The notes: generated from the sequence alone by a model not told the origin. A stretch of 64,000 bases of DNA from Syntrophales bacterium (GCA_963668175.1 OY764159.1:1-64000); one strand, 5' to 3'; numbered from the stretch's first letter, positions 48,228-59,413 are shown. Numbers and translations are program-made.

Positions 48228-49490
48228 TTAGACAGCTTTATTACCGCTTGTCTTTTCTTCGATAATTTTTGTCGCCGCCTCAATCCAGTGCGTTGCGGTC
48301 TTTTCACCCACCCCTTGAATAGCCGACAGCACCTCCGGGTCAGCGGAAGCAATCATGGCGATACTCTTTAAGCCTTCGTTATAAAGACGCTCCGCCGTGA
48401 CCTCCCCTATGCCGGGGATGCTCATGAGGGACTGATATCCTTCCTCCTTCTGTGTTGCCGCAATAGCCTCCGTTTTCACATCTATCTTCCAGCCAGTCAG
48501 CTTGACGGCCAACCTGACATTCTGTCCATTCTTGCCAATGGCCAGAGAAAGCTGATCGTCGGGAACGAGAATCTCCATCGAGCGGTTCTCTTCGTCCATG
48601 AAAACACGGTCCACCTTTGCCGGAGACAAAGCGCTGCAGACATATTTGGCCTGGTCGTCCGAATAAGGCACGATATCAATCTTTTCTCCCCGTAACTCCT
48701 GGACGACGCTCTGGACTCTGGAACCCCTCATGCCGACGCATGCACCGACGGGGTCGATATCTTTGTCCCTCGATCTGACGGATATTTTGGCACGCTTTCC
48801 CGGTTCACGCGCTACATTGACGATCTCGATCAGTCCTTCCGATATTTCCGGCACCTCGACCTCAAAAAGGGCCTTCAGGAAACCCGGATGGGTTCTGGAG
48901 AGGATGATCTGCGGCCCCTTCGATATTCTTTTGATATCGAATATGTAAGCCCTGATCCTTTCCCCCCGTTTGTAAACCTCGCGGTGGATCTGCTCCGACG
49001 TGGGAATGACACCTTCCGCCCGCCCCAGATTGACGATGATAGCCCCGCCGTCGAATCTCTGAACAAAACCGTTGACCAGTTCGCTTTTCTTGTCCTTATA
49101 TTCGTCGTAAATGTTGTCGCGTTCGGCATCCTTAACCCGCTGGATGATAATCTGTTTGGCCGTCTGTATGGCAATCCGGCCGAAGGTGCTCGTATCGATC
49201 TTTATCCCGAGACTGTCGCCCGGTTCGGCCTCTTCGTCAAGAGCCGCCCGTGCCTCGGCCAACGAGACGTGCAGGTCCGGATCGAGGACACGCTCCATAA
49301 CCGTTTTGAACTGGAATACCTCGATTTCACCGACTTCCTCGTTGTAATGCGCTTCAATATCGACATCGGGACCGAGCTTCTTCCGGGCTGCGGTCAGCAT
49401 AGCAGCTTCCAGCGCTTCGATAATGATCGTTTTATCGATGCCCCTATCCTTACCCATCTGCTCGATCAGACGCTTCAGCTCTGAAAACAT
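48228..49490 (-). CDS. nusA: Transcription termination/antitermination factor
   Basis: FGRIA.QTAKQ, REPG.RAK, GACVGMRGSRV, LAIGKNGQNVRLA. Confidence 0.98.
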   Translation of the reverse strand: MFSELKRLIEQMGKDRGIDKTIIIEALEAAMLTAARKKLGPDVDIEAHYNEEVGEIEVFQFKTVMERVLDPDLHVSLAEARAALDEEAEPGDSLGIKIDTSTFGRIAIQTAKQIIIQRVKDAERDNIYDEYKDKKSELVNGFVQRFDGGAIIVNLGRAEGVIPTSEQIHREVYKRGERIRAYIFDIKRISKGPQIILSRTHPGFLKALFEVEVPEISEGLIEIVNVAREPGKRAKISVRSRDKDIDPVGACVGMRGSRVQSVVQELRGEKIDIVPYSDDQAKYVCSALSPAKVDRVFMDEENRSMEILVPDDQLSLAIGKNGQNVRLAVKLTGWKIDVKTEAIAATQKEEGYQSLMSIPGIGEVTAERLYNEGLKSIAMIASADPEVLSAIQGVGEKTATHWIEAATKIIEEKTSGNKAV

Positions 49491-49547
49491 TTTAAAGCTC
49501 CTCCAAGTATTTATATCACTCTCAACCTGTCCGGCGACGGGAATCCG

Positions 49548-50024
49548 TCATTTGATCGCATAATCGGGTTTTAAGTTCGCCCGGGCAACCTTGTTCCGGG
49601 GAATGCGATGCCGCTTACCGGAAATATCGATGATTAATATTTTTCCGCCGGGTTCGTCAGAATAATCTTCAAGAATACCTGCAAAATTCTGAATTCCGTC
49701 GATCTTCTCCTTTGCTTTTACTGTAACCCGGTTGCCTCTGAACTTCAGGAAATCTTCGTCGCGAGACAAGGGACGATCCAATCCGGGCGATGACACTTCC
49801 AGGGTGTAGGGTCCCGGCGGCACGTCATGAACATCGAGCAAATCGCCCAGTTGATTGCTGACCTCGGTGCAGTCATCAATGGTGACTCCCGTTTCTTTAT
49901 CGAGGTAAAGACGCACAACCCAGCGCGATTTCATCCTCAGGCATTCAACATGGATCAGTTCCATGCCTTCAGCCGCCACAAGAGGCTCGGCCAGTTCCCT
50001 GACCCTATCCTGATAAGCATCCAT
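49548..50024 (-). CDS. rimP: Ribosome maturation factor
   Basis: IDDC..VS, YTLEVSSPGLDRPL. Confidence 0.96.
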   Translation of the reverse strand: MDAYQDRVRELAEPLVAAEGMELIHVECLRMKSRWVVRLYLDKETGVTIDDCTEVSNQLGDLLDVHDVPPGPYTLEVSSPGLDRPLSRDEDFLKFRGNRVTVKAKEKIDGIQNFAGILEDYSDEPGGKILIIDISGKRHRIPRNKVARANLKPDYAIK

Positions 50025-50044
50025 TTTTCGATCACATTAAAACA

Positions 50045-50067
50045 AAAAAGTGGGCACGGGCCCACTC
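50045..50067 (-). promoter_or_regulatory. rimP-leader terminator-like hairpin
   Basis: Minus strand GAGTGGG-CCCGTG-CCCACTTTTTT just upstream of rimP, matching the known rimP leader pattern. Confidence 0.75.
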
Positions 50068-50190
50068 ATCAGAACAACAACGATGATTTTCAGCGGTTGC
50101 TTAACACGATACAGCGACAAATGCAAGAGAAAAAAACGACTTTCATGCTCAGGGGGCACCCTGGCGGCGACGGAAAGTCATGCGGTAAAT

Positions 50191-50265
<75 letters not shown>

Positions 50266-50662
50266 TTAGTTTCAATGGAAAAGCGAAGCAATCTTATTCA
50301 ACGGCACCCATTTGTCAAGGTTTTTTTGCGTTCCGGAGGTTTAACCCGTCAATGTCACCCGTCCTTATGTCGACATATGATGTTGTGACATCCGCATCGG
50401 CAGCCATCTCATCGCATCGCACGCAGTAGGCACGTTAAGTCTTTATCTTCAACAATCTTTTCCCTTCCGGGAGGAATTATGGTATGAATTTCCCGTTTTT
50501 CTTAAAGCCCAAGGTGATGTGTTATTTTTCAGAATTGCTTTCGGCCCGTACAGTGGTGGTGCCGACGGGTCGCAAGGAAAAGGCGATTCCGAAGTCTGAT
50601 GGACCGGTCAGGTTTCGAGAGTCGAATGTTACCTTGATATTTAAGAAGAGGAGGACGACTTT

Positions 50663-52039
50663 GTGTTTACTAAAATTCTGATCGCCAATCGTGGTGAAAT
50701 AGCCGTCCGGATTATCCGTACATGCCGCGATATGGGTATCCGCACGGTAGCTGTTTATTCGGAAGCTGACAGGCATGCCCTTCATGTCAAGCTGGCCGAC
50801 GAGGCTTATGAAATCGGGGCGGCAAGACCGTTGAATAGTTATCTCAACATCGAGAAGATACTGGATACGGCCGAAAACAGCGGTGCGGAAGCCATCCACC
50901 CCGGATACGGTTTTCTGGCGGAAAATCCGGAGTTTGCTGACATGTGTGAGCAGCGCGGCCTGACGTTTATCGGCCCCCCCAGCGAATGCATGTATCGCGC
51001 CAAACCGAAGAACAAAGCCAGGCAACTCATGAAGATGATCAATATTCCCGTAACACCGGGAAGTGACGAGGCTATTTCCGGGGCTAACGAAAAAGGTTTA
51101 AAAAAAGCGGAGGAAATCGCCTCTGAAATCGGCTACCCCGTCATTGTCAAGCCTTCCGGCGCCGGCGGCGGGATAGGAATCCGCATAGCCCGCAACCGGG
51201 AAGAGCTGGAGAGGGCCATCCGCTTCGCCGAACTGCGCGGCAGGAACTCCTTCGGCATTTCAGCCTTCTACATCGAGAAGTTCCTGACGGGAGTCAAACA
51301 CATCGAATTTCAGGTGCTGGCCGATAAACACGGCAACGTCCTGCACCTGGGCGATCGGGACTGCTCCGTTCAACGGCGCTATCAAAAACTCGTGGAAGAG
51401 ACACCGGGACCGAACATGACGCCCTTCCTGCGCATGAAAATGGGCGCCGCTGCTATCGACGTAGCCATGATATTACAGTATACGAACGCCCTGACGGTCG
51501 AATTTTTTTATTTTCCGGAGACCCGGCAATTTTATTTCAATGAGATCAATTCCCGCCTTCAAGTGGAACATTGCATCACCGAATTGGCGACCGGTGTTGA
51601 TATCGTCCGGGAGCAAATCAGGATAGCCGCAGGCCAGGAACTCCTCTGCAACCAGGACGATATTCGCATGAGTCGTCACGCCCTGGAATGCCGCATCATG
51701 GCTGAAGACCCTTCCCGGAATTTTATCCCGTCCCCGGGTCTCATCAAGAGGCTGAGACTGCCACACGGACCCGGCATCCGCATCGACGAAGGTATTTACG
51801 AGGGATACGATGTTTCGATCTATTATGATTCGCTGCTGATGAAGGTCATGAGCTGGGCGCGAACGAGAGAAGAATGCATCGCCCGGATGAAAAGGGCCCT
51901 GGGAGAAATACAGGTGGCCGGCATCCATACGACTGTTCCCTTTCATCAGGCGATTATGGACGACGAAGACTTCACTTCCGGCAGGTATACGACAGACATC
52001 ATCAATAAACCGAGCCTGCAGGCCAGGCTGAAAGGATAA
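50663..52039 (+). CDS. accC: Biotin carboxylase subunit (AccC/PycA-like), divergent
   Basis: ILIANRGEIA, IHPGYGFLAEN, RLQVEH, YYDSLL; GTG start after GAGGA. Confidence 0.85.
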   Translation: MFTKILIANRGEIAVRIIRTCRDMGIRTVAVYSEADRHALHVKLADEAYEIGAARPLNSYLNIEKILDTAENSGAEAIHPGYGFLAENPEFADMCEQRGLTFIGPPSECMYRAKPKNKARQLMKMINIPVTPGSDEAISGANEKGLKKAEEIASEIGYPVIVKPSGAGGGIGIRIARNREELERAIRFAELRGRNSFGISAFYIEKFLTGVKHIEFQVLADKHGNVLHLGDRDCSVQRRYQKLVEETPGPNMTPFLRMKMGAAAIDVAMILQYTNALTVEFFYFPETRQFYFNEINSRLQVEHCITELATGVDIVREQIRIAAGQELLCNQDDIRMSRHALECRIMAEDPSRNFIPSPGLIKRLRLPHGPGIRIDEGIYEGYDVSIYYDSLLMKVMSWARTREECIARMKRALGEIQVAGIHTTVPFHQAIMDDEDFTSGRYTTDIINKPSLQARLKG

Positions 52040-52064
52040 CCGTCGATACCGGCGCCACGAGGAC

Positions 52065-52625
52065 ATGGAATCAATCATTCGGGATTACGGCTACTGGGCG
52101 GTTCTCGCCGGAACATTCTTTGAGGGAGAAACCGTTTTGATTCTCGCCGGCTTTGCCTGCCATCAGGGGTATCTCGACCTGCGTTACGTGATTATGATGG
52201 CGCTTCTGGGCAGTTTCGCGGGTGACCAGCTCTTCTTCCGCTTCGGCAGGCTTCAGAAGAATATCTGGTTTATCAAGGGACCTGTATGGGAAGCCCGCAG
52301 CGAGAAGGCTAAAAGGCTGCTGGAAAAGCACCAGATTCTTATCATTCTCGGTTCCCGGTTTTTATACGGCATGAGAATGCTGCTCCCCTACCTGATCGGT
52401 ATGAGCCGTGTCAGGGCCTCCCGGTTCGTTCTCCTGAATTTCGCCGGAGCCCTGGCCTGGGCCTCACTGGTCGGCGGTCTCGGATACCTCTTCGGCAACA
52501 TCATGGTGCTGATCATGGGTAACGTCAAGAAGTACGAACTCATGATCATGGCCCTGGTCCTCGGTTTGGGCCTTTGTGTCTGGTTGATCGGCTCCCGGCG
52601 GCGCAGGTCAAAACCGGTCAAGTAG
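52065..52625 (+). CDS. DedA family membrane protein
   Basis: EGETVLILAGF, GDQLFF, SRFLYGMR. Confidence 0.92.
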   Translation: MESIIRDYGYWAVLAGTFFEGETVLILAGFACHQGYLDLRYVIMMALLGSFAGDQLFFRFGRLQKNIWFIKGPVWEARSEKAKRLLEKHQILIILGSRFLYGMRMLLPYLIGMSRVRASRFVLLNFAGALAWASLVGGLGYLFGNIMVLIMGNVKKYELMIMALVLGLGLCVWLIGSRRRRSKPVK

Positions 52626-52633
52626 CGAACGTT

Positions 52634-53428
52634 TCAGTCAAGGGCCTGTCTGATTTGACCGATGTAGGAGGCGACAAGAGCGGGAAGCTCTTTTCTGCCG
52701 GCGTTATCGGCAACCATCCGGACAAGGGCGCTGCCTATGACGATACCGTCCGCCAGCGGGGCGATCTCCGCCGCCTGTTCGGGTGTGGAAATACCGAAGC
52801 CGGCAACGACGGGCAGATTCGTGAGGCCCTTGATCCGTTTCACATCCGCATCAACGGACAGAGCATCGGGCCGGGCCGTACCCGTTACGCCCGTAATGGT
52901 GATGTAATAAAGAAACCCTTTCGCCCGGGAGACGATCCTGCCTATCCTCGTATCGTCCGTGGTCGGAGCGATGAGCGAGATGAAGTCTATACCTGCCCGG
53001 TCGGTGTGACGACGCAGTTCCGCAGATTCCTCGGGAGGAAGATCGACGAGGAGAATGCCGTCCACTCCTGCTGCTTTTGCCGCGGCGGCAAAAGCTTCAC
53101 AGCCGAAACGGTAGACGGGATTATAATAACCAAAAAGAACAATCGGTATCTCGCACTGCCTGCGCACCGACGCGATCATCTGCAGGGCGGCCTCCAGGGT
53201 GACGCCGTTTTGGAGAGACCGGTGCGAAGCCGCCTGAATGACCGGCCCATCGGCTGTAGGATCGGAGAAAGGGACGCCGATCTCCAGAATATCGACGCCG
53301 GCGCGATTAAGTTCGGTAATTAGAGCTTCGGTAGTCGCAAGCGACGGGTCCCCGGCCGTCAGATAAACGACCAATGCCTTTCTTTTCTCTTTTTTCAGTC
53401 TTGCGAACGTTCGATCTATCCTGTTCAT
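52634..53428 (-). CDS. trpA: Tryptophan synthase alpha
   Basis: [30 protein letters not shown]. Confidence 0.97.
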   Translation of the reverse strand: MNRIDRTFARLKKEKRKALVVYLTAGDPSLATTEALITELNRAGVDILEIGVPFSDPTADGPVIQAASHRSLQNGVTLEAALQMIASVRRQCEIPIVLFGYYNPVYRFGCEAFAAAAKAAGVDGILLVDLPPEESAELRRHTDRAGIDFISLIAPTTDDTRIGRIVSRAKGFLYYITITGVTGTARPDALSVDADVKRIKGLTNLPVVAGFGISTPEQAAEIAPLADGIVIGSALVRMVADNAGRKELPALVASYIGQIRQALD

Positions 53429-54624
53429 GATTCAAGCCCCTCCCTCTGCTTGGCGATGACTTCGGCATCCTTGTCCCCTCTTCCGGACAGATTCACGATG
53501 ATGATTTTGTCCCTTCCGAGCGCGGGCGCAAGCTTCACGGCATAAGCGACGGCATGGGCGCTCTCCAGGGCGGGGATGATGCCTTCCAGCCGGGAAAGGG
53601 CCATGAACGCTTCCACCGCTTCGGCATCCGTTACGTTCAGATACTCGGCACGCCCCGTATCGCTGAAGTAGCTGTGCTCGGGACCGACTCCGGGGTAATC
53701 GAGGCCCGCGGCGATGGAATAGGCGTCCCGAATCTGTCCGAATGCATCCTGCAGGAGATACGTCCTGTTTCCGTGAAGCACGCCGACGCTTCCCGCCGAT
53801 ATGCTGGCGGAATGGAGGCCTGTCTCAATCCCTCTCCCCGCTGCTTCCACGCCCACCAGTTTTACGTGCTTTTCATTTCTGAAAGGATAGAAGAGTCCCA
53901 TGGCATTGCTGCCCCCGCCCACACAGGCGACGAGTACATCCGGGAGCCTGCCTTCCTTCTGCAAAATCTGTTTCTTCGTCTCGCGTCCGATGATGCTCTG
54001 GAAATTACGGACCATCATCGGGTAGGGATGAGGCCCCGCCGTTGTCCCGATGACGTAGAACGTATCGCGAACCGCCGAAACCCAGTAACGCATGGCCTCG
54101 CTCATGGCGTCCTTCAGTGTCGCCGTTCCCGCTTTAACGGGAATCACGTCCGCCCCGAGGATCTTCATACGAAAGACATTCGGCGCCTGTCTCCTGATGT
54201 CTTCCTCCCCCATGAAAATCTTGCATCCCATGCCGAATAGGGCGGCAACCGTCGCCGTGGCGACGCCGTGCTGGCCGGCCCCCGTTTCCGCAATGACCCT
54301 GGTCTTCCCCATATAGCGGGCCAGGAGGGCCTGGCCCAGGGTGTTGTTGATCTTGTGGGAACCGGTATGGTTGAGGTCTTCCCTTTTGAGGTATATCCTG
54401 GCGCCGCCCAGCTTCTCCGTAAGGCGCCGGGCGAAATACAACGGCGTAGGACGGCCCGCATAATCGCGGACAAGAGAGGCAAAATTGTCTCGAAACGTTT
54501 TATCATTGTGCATCTGCCTATACGCTTCTTCCAGTTCCAGGAGCGCCGGCATCAAAGTCTCGGCAGCATACCGCCCTCCGAATATCCCGAAGTGCCCCTT
54601 CCTGTCCGGTAAATGTTTCGTCAT
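53425..54624 (-). CDS. trpB: Tryptophan synthase beta
   Basis: [39 protein letters not shown]. Confidence 0.98.
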   Translation of the reverse strand: MTKHLPDRKGHFGIFGGRYAAETLMPALLELEEAYRQMHNDKTFRDNFASLVRDYAGRPTPLYFARRLTEKLGGARIYLKREDLNHTGSHKINNTLGQALLARYMGKTRVIAETGAGQHGVATATVAALFGMGCKIFMGEEDIRRQAPNVFRMKILGADVIPVKAGTATLKDAMSEAMRYWVSAVRDTFYVIGTTAGPHPYPMMVRNFQSIIGRETKKQILQKEGRLPDVLVACVGGGSNAMGLFYPFRNEKHVKLVGVEAAGRGIETGLHSASISAGSVGVLHGNRTYLLQDAFGQIRDAYSIAAGLDYPGVGPEHSYFSDTGRAEYLNVTDAEAVEAFMALSRLEGIIPALESAHAVAYAVKLAPALGRDKIIIVNLSGRGDKDAEVIAKQREGLES

Positions 54625-55280
54625 GGCTCCCTCCTGAATAATCCGGCTTCTCCACACGATGACCTGTCTTTCTCCCGGATCATTTTTATGATTCTCGCTA
54701 TTTTATCATGATCCTTCTTACCGGGGCCCGTTTCCACCCCGCTGTTGATGTCGACGGCGGACGGCGAAACGCGTTCGATGGCCGCCAGGACATTGCCTTC
54801 ATTCAAACCGCCGGCCAGGATCAACCGGCGCTTCGTCGCCAGTTGCCCGGCAAAGTCCCAGTCGGAGAGTTTTCCTGTCCCGCCGAACCGGTCGCCTTCA
54901 CGGGCATCCACCAGAAAGGCCTGCACCGCGTATTCCTCAATGGCCGACGACACGCCATCCTTGACGGCCGAAACGGCCTTGATGAGCCGGGACGGATCAA
55001 AATGGCGGCAATAGGCAGGGGATTCGTCGCCATGAAGTTGTATGAAGTCCAAGCCGCATGAGTCCGCAATCCCAAGGACCTCCTCTTCCGGCTGATTGAC
55101 AAAAACACCGACGCGGGCAACCGACGCGGGAAGCATGGCGATGATGTCCTTTGCCACCGCCGGGGAGATATACCGGGGCGATCGGGGATAAAAAATGAAT
55201 CCCAGGGCGTCTGCGCCGCAGGTTGCCGCATATCGGGCGTCCCCGATATTCGTCATTCCGCATATCTTGATGGCCGTCAT
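54621..55280 (-). CDS. trpF: Phosphoribosylanthranilate isomerase
   Basis: KICG, QLHGDE, GGTG, LAGGL, DINSGVE. Confidence 0.96.
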   Translation of the reverse strand: MTAIKICGMTNIGDARYAATCGADALGFIFYPRSPRYISPAVAKDIIAMLPASVARVGVFVNQPEEEVLGIADSCGLDFIQLHGDESPAYCRHFDPSRLIKAVSAVKDGVSSAIEEYAVQAFLVDAREGDRFGGTGKLSDWDFAGQLATKRRLILAGGLNEGNVLAAIERVSPSAVDINSGVETGPGKKDHDKIARIIKMIREKDRSSCGEAGLFRREP

Positions 55281-56050
55281 CGTCCTGTCAGCTCCTTCAG
55301 TTTCATCCCCGCATCCGGCGCCGTTACCAGCACTTCGCCGACCAGAAAGGCATGGATACCGGCCCTCATCAGTTTTTCGATATCGCCGCGTCCGTGGATG
55401 CCGCTTTCGCTCACGATGACGCGGTCACCCGGGACAAGGGCCGCCATTTCCAGGGAAACGCCGATGTCCGTTTTAAACGTCTGCAGGTCCCTGTTGTTGA
55501 TCCCTACGATCTCCGCCCCGGCTTCAAGCGCCCGCTCCAGTTCAGGGCGGGTATGGACCTCGACGAGGGAAGACATCGTCAAGGAATGGGCCAAGGCCAT
55601 ATAGTCCGTCAGCTGATGATCATCAAGGACGGCTGCGATGAGAAGGACGGCATCCGCCCCCGCGACCCTCGCCTCGTAGAACTGATAGGGGTCGATGATA
55701 AAATCCTTTCTCAAAACGGGAATGGCAACCCTTCGGCTCACGTCCTCAAGATCTTCGATACGGCCGCTGAAAAACGGCCCGTCCGTCAAGACCGAAATGG
55801 CCGCCGCACCGTTCTTCCCGTAGATCTCGGCCATGCATACGGCATCCATGTCGCCACGCAGAAATCCCTTGGAAGGCGACCGCCGTTTGATTTCGGCGAT
55901 AATCGCACATGTCGTGCCCTGCAGCGCCGACTTAAAATCGCGCGCCGGCTTCACAACCGAGGCTGCTTCCCGTATGCACGCCTCTGGTTTCCGCGCCTTC
56001 AGACGTCCGACCTCCTCTTTCTTCGCGCTGATAATATCGTCTAATATCAT
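55277..56050 (-). CDS. trpC: Indole-3-glycerol phosphate synthase
   Basis: IAEIKRRSPSKG, LRKDF, GINNRDL, SESGI. Confidence 0.96.
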   Translation of the reverse strand: MILDDIISAKKEEVGRLKARKPEACIREAASVVKPARDFKSALQGTTCAIIAEIKRRSPSKGFLRGDMDAVCMAEIYGKNGAAAISVLTDGPFFSGRIEDLEDVSRRVAIPVLRKDFIIDPYQFYEARVAGADAVLLIAAVLDDHQLTDYMALAHSLTMSSLVEVHTRPELERALEAGAEIVGINNRDLQTFKTDIGVSLEMAALVPGDRVIVSESGIHGRGDIEKLMRAGIHAFLVGEVLVTAPDAGMKLKELTGR

Positions 56051-56058
56051 CGCCACTC

Positions 56059-57069
56059 TCAACTGTTCGTCATCTCGATCAGGGCCTGCAGTTTCTTCAC
56101 GGCCGATCCGTTGTCGATACATTCCTCGGCGAGGGCCACCGCATCGCCGATAGACGAGGCCTTGTTGCCCGCCATAATGGCCAAACCGGCGTTGAGGACG
56201 ACGATCTTTCTCCGTGCGCCGTCATGTCCGGTAAGAATGTCCCGGGTGATCTGGGCGTTGACCGTGGCATCGCCGCCGGCGAGTTCTTTCCCTGGATAGG
56301 TCGCCCCGAATATTTCCCTGGGGTTGATGTTGTACGTGCTGATCAGGCCGTCCTTCAATTCGGACACCCTCGTTTCTCCGGTCACGGTGGCCTCGTCGAG
56401 CCCGTCGGACCCATGGACGATGAAGGCCCTCCTGGTGCCGAGATTTTTTAAGACGCCCGCAAACATTTCCGTAAGCTTGGCATCGTAAACGCCGATGAGC
56501 TGGGACGTGGCTCCGGCCGGATTGGTCAAGGGACCCAGCATGTTGAAAACGGTCCTGATACCGATCTCCCTCCGGGGGCCGATGGCATACTTCATGGCGC
56601 CGTGGAGACGCGGCGCAAACAGGAAACCGATGCCGATCTGCTGGATGCATTCCTCGACGATCTCCGGTCCCGCGTCGATATTGACGCCCAGGGCCTCAAG
56701 GAGGTCGGCGCTTCCGCAGCTGCTCGAGACGGCCCGGTTGCCGTGTTTGGCCACCGTCAAACCCGCTGCTGCAACAACAAAAGCGGCCGTCGTCGAAATA
56801 TTGAAAGTGTTGCTCCCGTCGCCACCGGTGCCGCATGTATCGACGATCTCGGAAGAACGGGCATCAATGCGGGTCGCTTTCTGCCGCATGATCCGTGCTG
56901 CGCCGGTCACCTCGTCCACCGTTTCTCCCTTGATCCGGAGAGCCGTTATAAAGGCTGCGATCTGGGCAGGGGTCGCCTTGCCTTCCATGATTTCGTTCAT
57001 AACCTCCATCGTAACCGCTTCACTGAGGTCCTCCTGCCGGACCAGTTTGGCCAGGGCTTCTTTGATCAT
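56059..57069 (-). CDS. trpD: Anthranilate phosphoribosyltransferase
   Basis: [18 protein letters not shown]; real start MIKEAL overlaps the trpG stop. Confidence 0.96.
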   Translation of the reverse strand: MIKEALAKLVRQEDLSEAVTMEVMNEIMEGKATPAQIAAFITALRIKGETVDEVTGAARIMRQKATRIDARSSEIVDTCGTGGDGSNTFNISTTAAFVVAAAGLTVAKHGNRAVSSSCGSADLLEALGVNIDAGPEIVEECIQQIGIGFLFAPRLHGAMKYAIGPRREIGIRTVFNMLGPLTNPAGATSQLIGVYDAKLTEMFAGVLKNLGTRRAFIVHGSDGLDEATVTGETRVSELKDGLISTYNINPREIFGATYPGKELAGGDATVNAQITRDILTGHDGARRKIVVLNAGLAIMAGNKASSIGDAVALAEECIDNGSAVKKLQALIEMTNS

Positions 57070-57653
57070 TGCAGCAACTCCTTTCTCATATAGGTGTCCA
57101 GGAAATTCTTGATCAGTCTCTTCCCGTTCGGGGTCAGGATCGATTCGGGATGGAACTGGATGCCCTCGACGGGATACTGTTTGTGCCTCAATCCCATGAT
57201 TTCCTTTTCCGCCGTCTCGGCACTGATCTCCAGGCAGGCGGGCAGCGTATCCCTTGCGACAATAAGGGAATGATAACGGCCCGCGATCATCGGGTTGGGC
57301 AGGCCTTTGAAAATCGTCTGGCCGTCGTTTAAGACCGGGGACGTCTTGCCATGCATCAGCCTGTCGGCCCGGACCACGCATCCGCCGAAGGCATAACCGA
57401 TAGCCTGATGCCCCAGGCACACCCCCATCATCGGAATCCTTTGATGGAAGTGACGGATAACGTCGACAGAGATCCCCGCTTCTTCCGGCGAACAGGGACC
57501 GGGCGAGAGGAAGATGGCGTCCGGTGCCAGGGTTTCGATTTCCTCGAGGGTCGTTTCATCGTTTCTTCGAACCACTACCTTCTCGCCCAGTTGCCCCAGA
57601 TACTGAACGAGATTGTAGGTAAACGAATCGTAATTATCGATCATCAATATCAT
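57066..57653 (-). CDS. trpG: Anthranilate synthase component II
   Basis: [28 protein letters not shown]. Confidence 0.96.
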   Translation of the reverse strand: MILMIDNYDSFTYNLVQYLGQLGEKVVVRRNDETTLEEIETLAPDAIFLSPGPCSPEEAGISVDVIRHFHQRIPMMGVCLGHQAIGYAFGGCVVRADRLMHGKTSPVLNDGQTIFKGLPNPMIAGRYHSLIVARDTLPACLEISAETAEKEIMGLRHKQYPVEGIQFHPESILTPNGKRLIKNFLDTYMRKELLQ

Positions 57654-57656
57654 TGC

Positions 57657-59153
57657 TTATCCTCCGTTTGATACGATTTCAAAACCGTTTTCCGCAAGCC
57701 GGATAGCCTGTCTCAACGCCTCGGCCTTGCTCAGACATTCCCGATGTTCGCCTTCCGGATCGGAATCGGCGACGATGCCGGCCCCCGCCTGAATGACGAT
57801 CTTTCCATCCTTGATCATGATCGTCCGGATGGTGATGCAGAAGTCCATGTTGCCCGTAAAGCTGAAGTATCCGACGGCTCCCCCGTAAGGACCCCGCTTG
57901 CATGGTTCCAGCTCTTCGATGATTTCCATGGCCCTGATTTTGGGCGCCCCGGTAAGCGTACCGGCCGGGAAAGCGGCCCTAAGGACATCGAAGGCATCCA
58001 TGCCGTCCTCAAGCTGGGCCTGAACATTGGAGACCAGGTGCATGACATGGGAATAGCGCTCCACGGCCATCAATTGCGTTACCTGAACGCTGCCGATACG
58101 GGCGATCCTTCCCAGGTCGTTCCTGCCCAAATCGACCAGCATGACATGCTCCGCTCTCTCCTTGGGATCGTTGAGAAGCTCGTCAGCATTTTTCCGGTCT
58201 TCCTGCTCGGTCGTCCCCCTCTTTTTCGTCCCCGCGATCGGTTTCAATTCCACAACGCCCTCTTCGAGGCGGACCATGACCTCCGGCGACGACCCGACAA
58301 GCGTTAATTCGTCGGTGCGGATAAAGAAGAGATAGGGCGAGGGATTCGTATAACGCAGCGCCCGGTAGAGTTGAATGGGATCGATACCGTTTTCGCCTTC
58401 GAAACGTTGCGAGATAACGACCTGAATGATATCGCCGGCGACGATGTATTCCTTGGCTTTAGCGACCATGGCGCGATATTCTTCCGGCGCAACATTGGAC
58501 TGGAGTCTGATCGGCTCGGCGGATTCGCTCCGCCGGACGGCGGAATCCATCGGCGTGGTCAAGAGAACGACCATATCGTCGATCTTCCGGACAGCATCGT
58601 CGTAGGCCGACCGCAGATCGTCCGCCTCGTCGGTCGCGGCACAGGCGACCACTTTGATGGTATGGCGGATATTATCGAAAATGATGAGCGTATCGGTGAT
58701 CATGAACACGGCATCCGCTTCGGGACCGGTCTTTTTCAAATCCGGCAGACGCTCGAAATGGCGCACCATGTCGTAACCGAGAAATCCCACGGCCCCGCCG
58801 TAAAAGCGAGGAAGGCCGGGAACGGTGACGGGATGGTAGTCGTCCATGATATTCTTCAATATTTTCATGGGATTCCCTTCATGGGGAACCTTCCGGGAAT
58901 CTCCATTCTTCAAGATATGAACCTCACCGCCCACGACCTTAAAGATCAAATAGGGGTTGGCGCCCAGAAAAGTGTACCGGCCCCATTTTTCACCCCCTTC
59001 GACGCTCTCCAGAAGAAAAAGGTGGGGACACAAGCGAAGCTTCATGAGCGCGGAAACGGGCGTTTCCATATCGGCGATGATTTCCCGATAGATGGGGATC
59101 AGATTACCCTGGGCGGACATGGTGCCGAATGTTTCAAATGTCGGATAATACAT
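57657..59153 (-). CDS. trpE: Anthranilate synthase component I
   Basis: LLES, NPSPY, AEHVMLVDLGRND, PAGTLTGAPK. Confidence 0.96.
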   Translation of the reverse strand: MYYPTFETFGTMSAQGNLIPIYREIIADMETPVSALMKLRLCPHLFLLESVEGGEKWGRYTFLGANPYLIFKVVGGEVHILKNGDSRKVPHEGNPMKILKNIMDDYHPVTVPGLPRFYGGAVGFLGYDMVRHFERLPDLKKTGPEADAVFMITDTLIIFDNIRHTIKVVACAATDEADDLRSAYDDAVRKIDDMVVLLTTPMDSAVRRSESAEPIRLQSNVAPEEYRAMVAKAKEYIVAGDIIQVVISQRFEGENGIDPIQLYRALRYTNPSPYLFFIRTDELTLVGSSPEVMVRLEEGVVELKPIAGTKKRGTTEQEDRKNADELLNDPKERAEHVMLVDLGRNDLGRIARIGSVQVTQLMAVERYSHVMHLVSNVQAQLEDGMDAFDVLRAAFPAGTLTGAPKIRAMEIIEELEPCKRGPYGGAVGYFSFTGNMDFCITIRTIMIKDGKIVIQAGAGIVADSDPEGEHRECLSKAEALRQAIRLAENGFEIVSNGG

Positions 59154-59182
59154 GTTGGTTTCCTCATTCCGATGCAAAAAAT

Positions 59183-59215
59183 AAAAAAAGGCCGCGATTT
59201 TCGATCACGGCCTTT
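59183..59215 (-). terminator. Second (trpE-proximal) terminator in the trp leader
   Basis: Minus strand AAAGGCCGTGAT-CGAAA-ATCGCGGCCTTTTTTT. Confidence 0.8.
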
Positions 59216-59232
59216 CTGTTTAGCTTAAAAGC

Positions 59233-59266
59233 AAAAAAGCCGTGGAGAGCAGGCTCTCCACGGCTT
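59233..59266 (-). terminator. trp attenuator terminator
   Basis: Minus strand AAGCCGTGGAGAGC-CT-GCTCTCCACGGCTTTTTT. Confidence 0.88.
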
Positions 59267-59289
59267 ACAGTCTATCTAAGGAACAAACT

Positions 59290-59361
59290 TCAGCAGCGGA
59301 CGAACCCCTCCCGAGATTTCCGCCACCACCAGCTTCCGATTGACGACATAACCTGAATCAT
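59290..59361 (-). CDS. trpL: trp leader peptide MIQVMSSIGSWWWRKSREGFVRC
   Basis: 23-aa ORF with three consecutive TGG codons, AAGAGG RBS, followed by terminators and trpE. Confidence 0.9.
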   Translation of the reverse strand: MIQVMSSIGSWWWRKSREGFVRC

Positions 59362-59413
59362 TTAAAAACCTCTTAACACTCTTCAACAACGAATAAACTA
59401 TCTGTTACGAATA

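Noticed and set aside
57070..57420. Apparent long N-terminal extension of TrpD; likewise extensions on PilY1, PilW, TrpC, Dut, SppA and TyrA
   Set aside because: They overlap the upstream gene or intergenic DNA; RBS position and stop/start overlaps support the shorter starts
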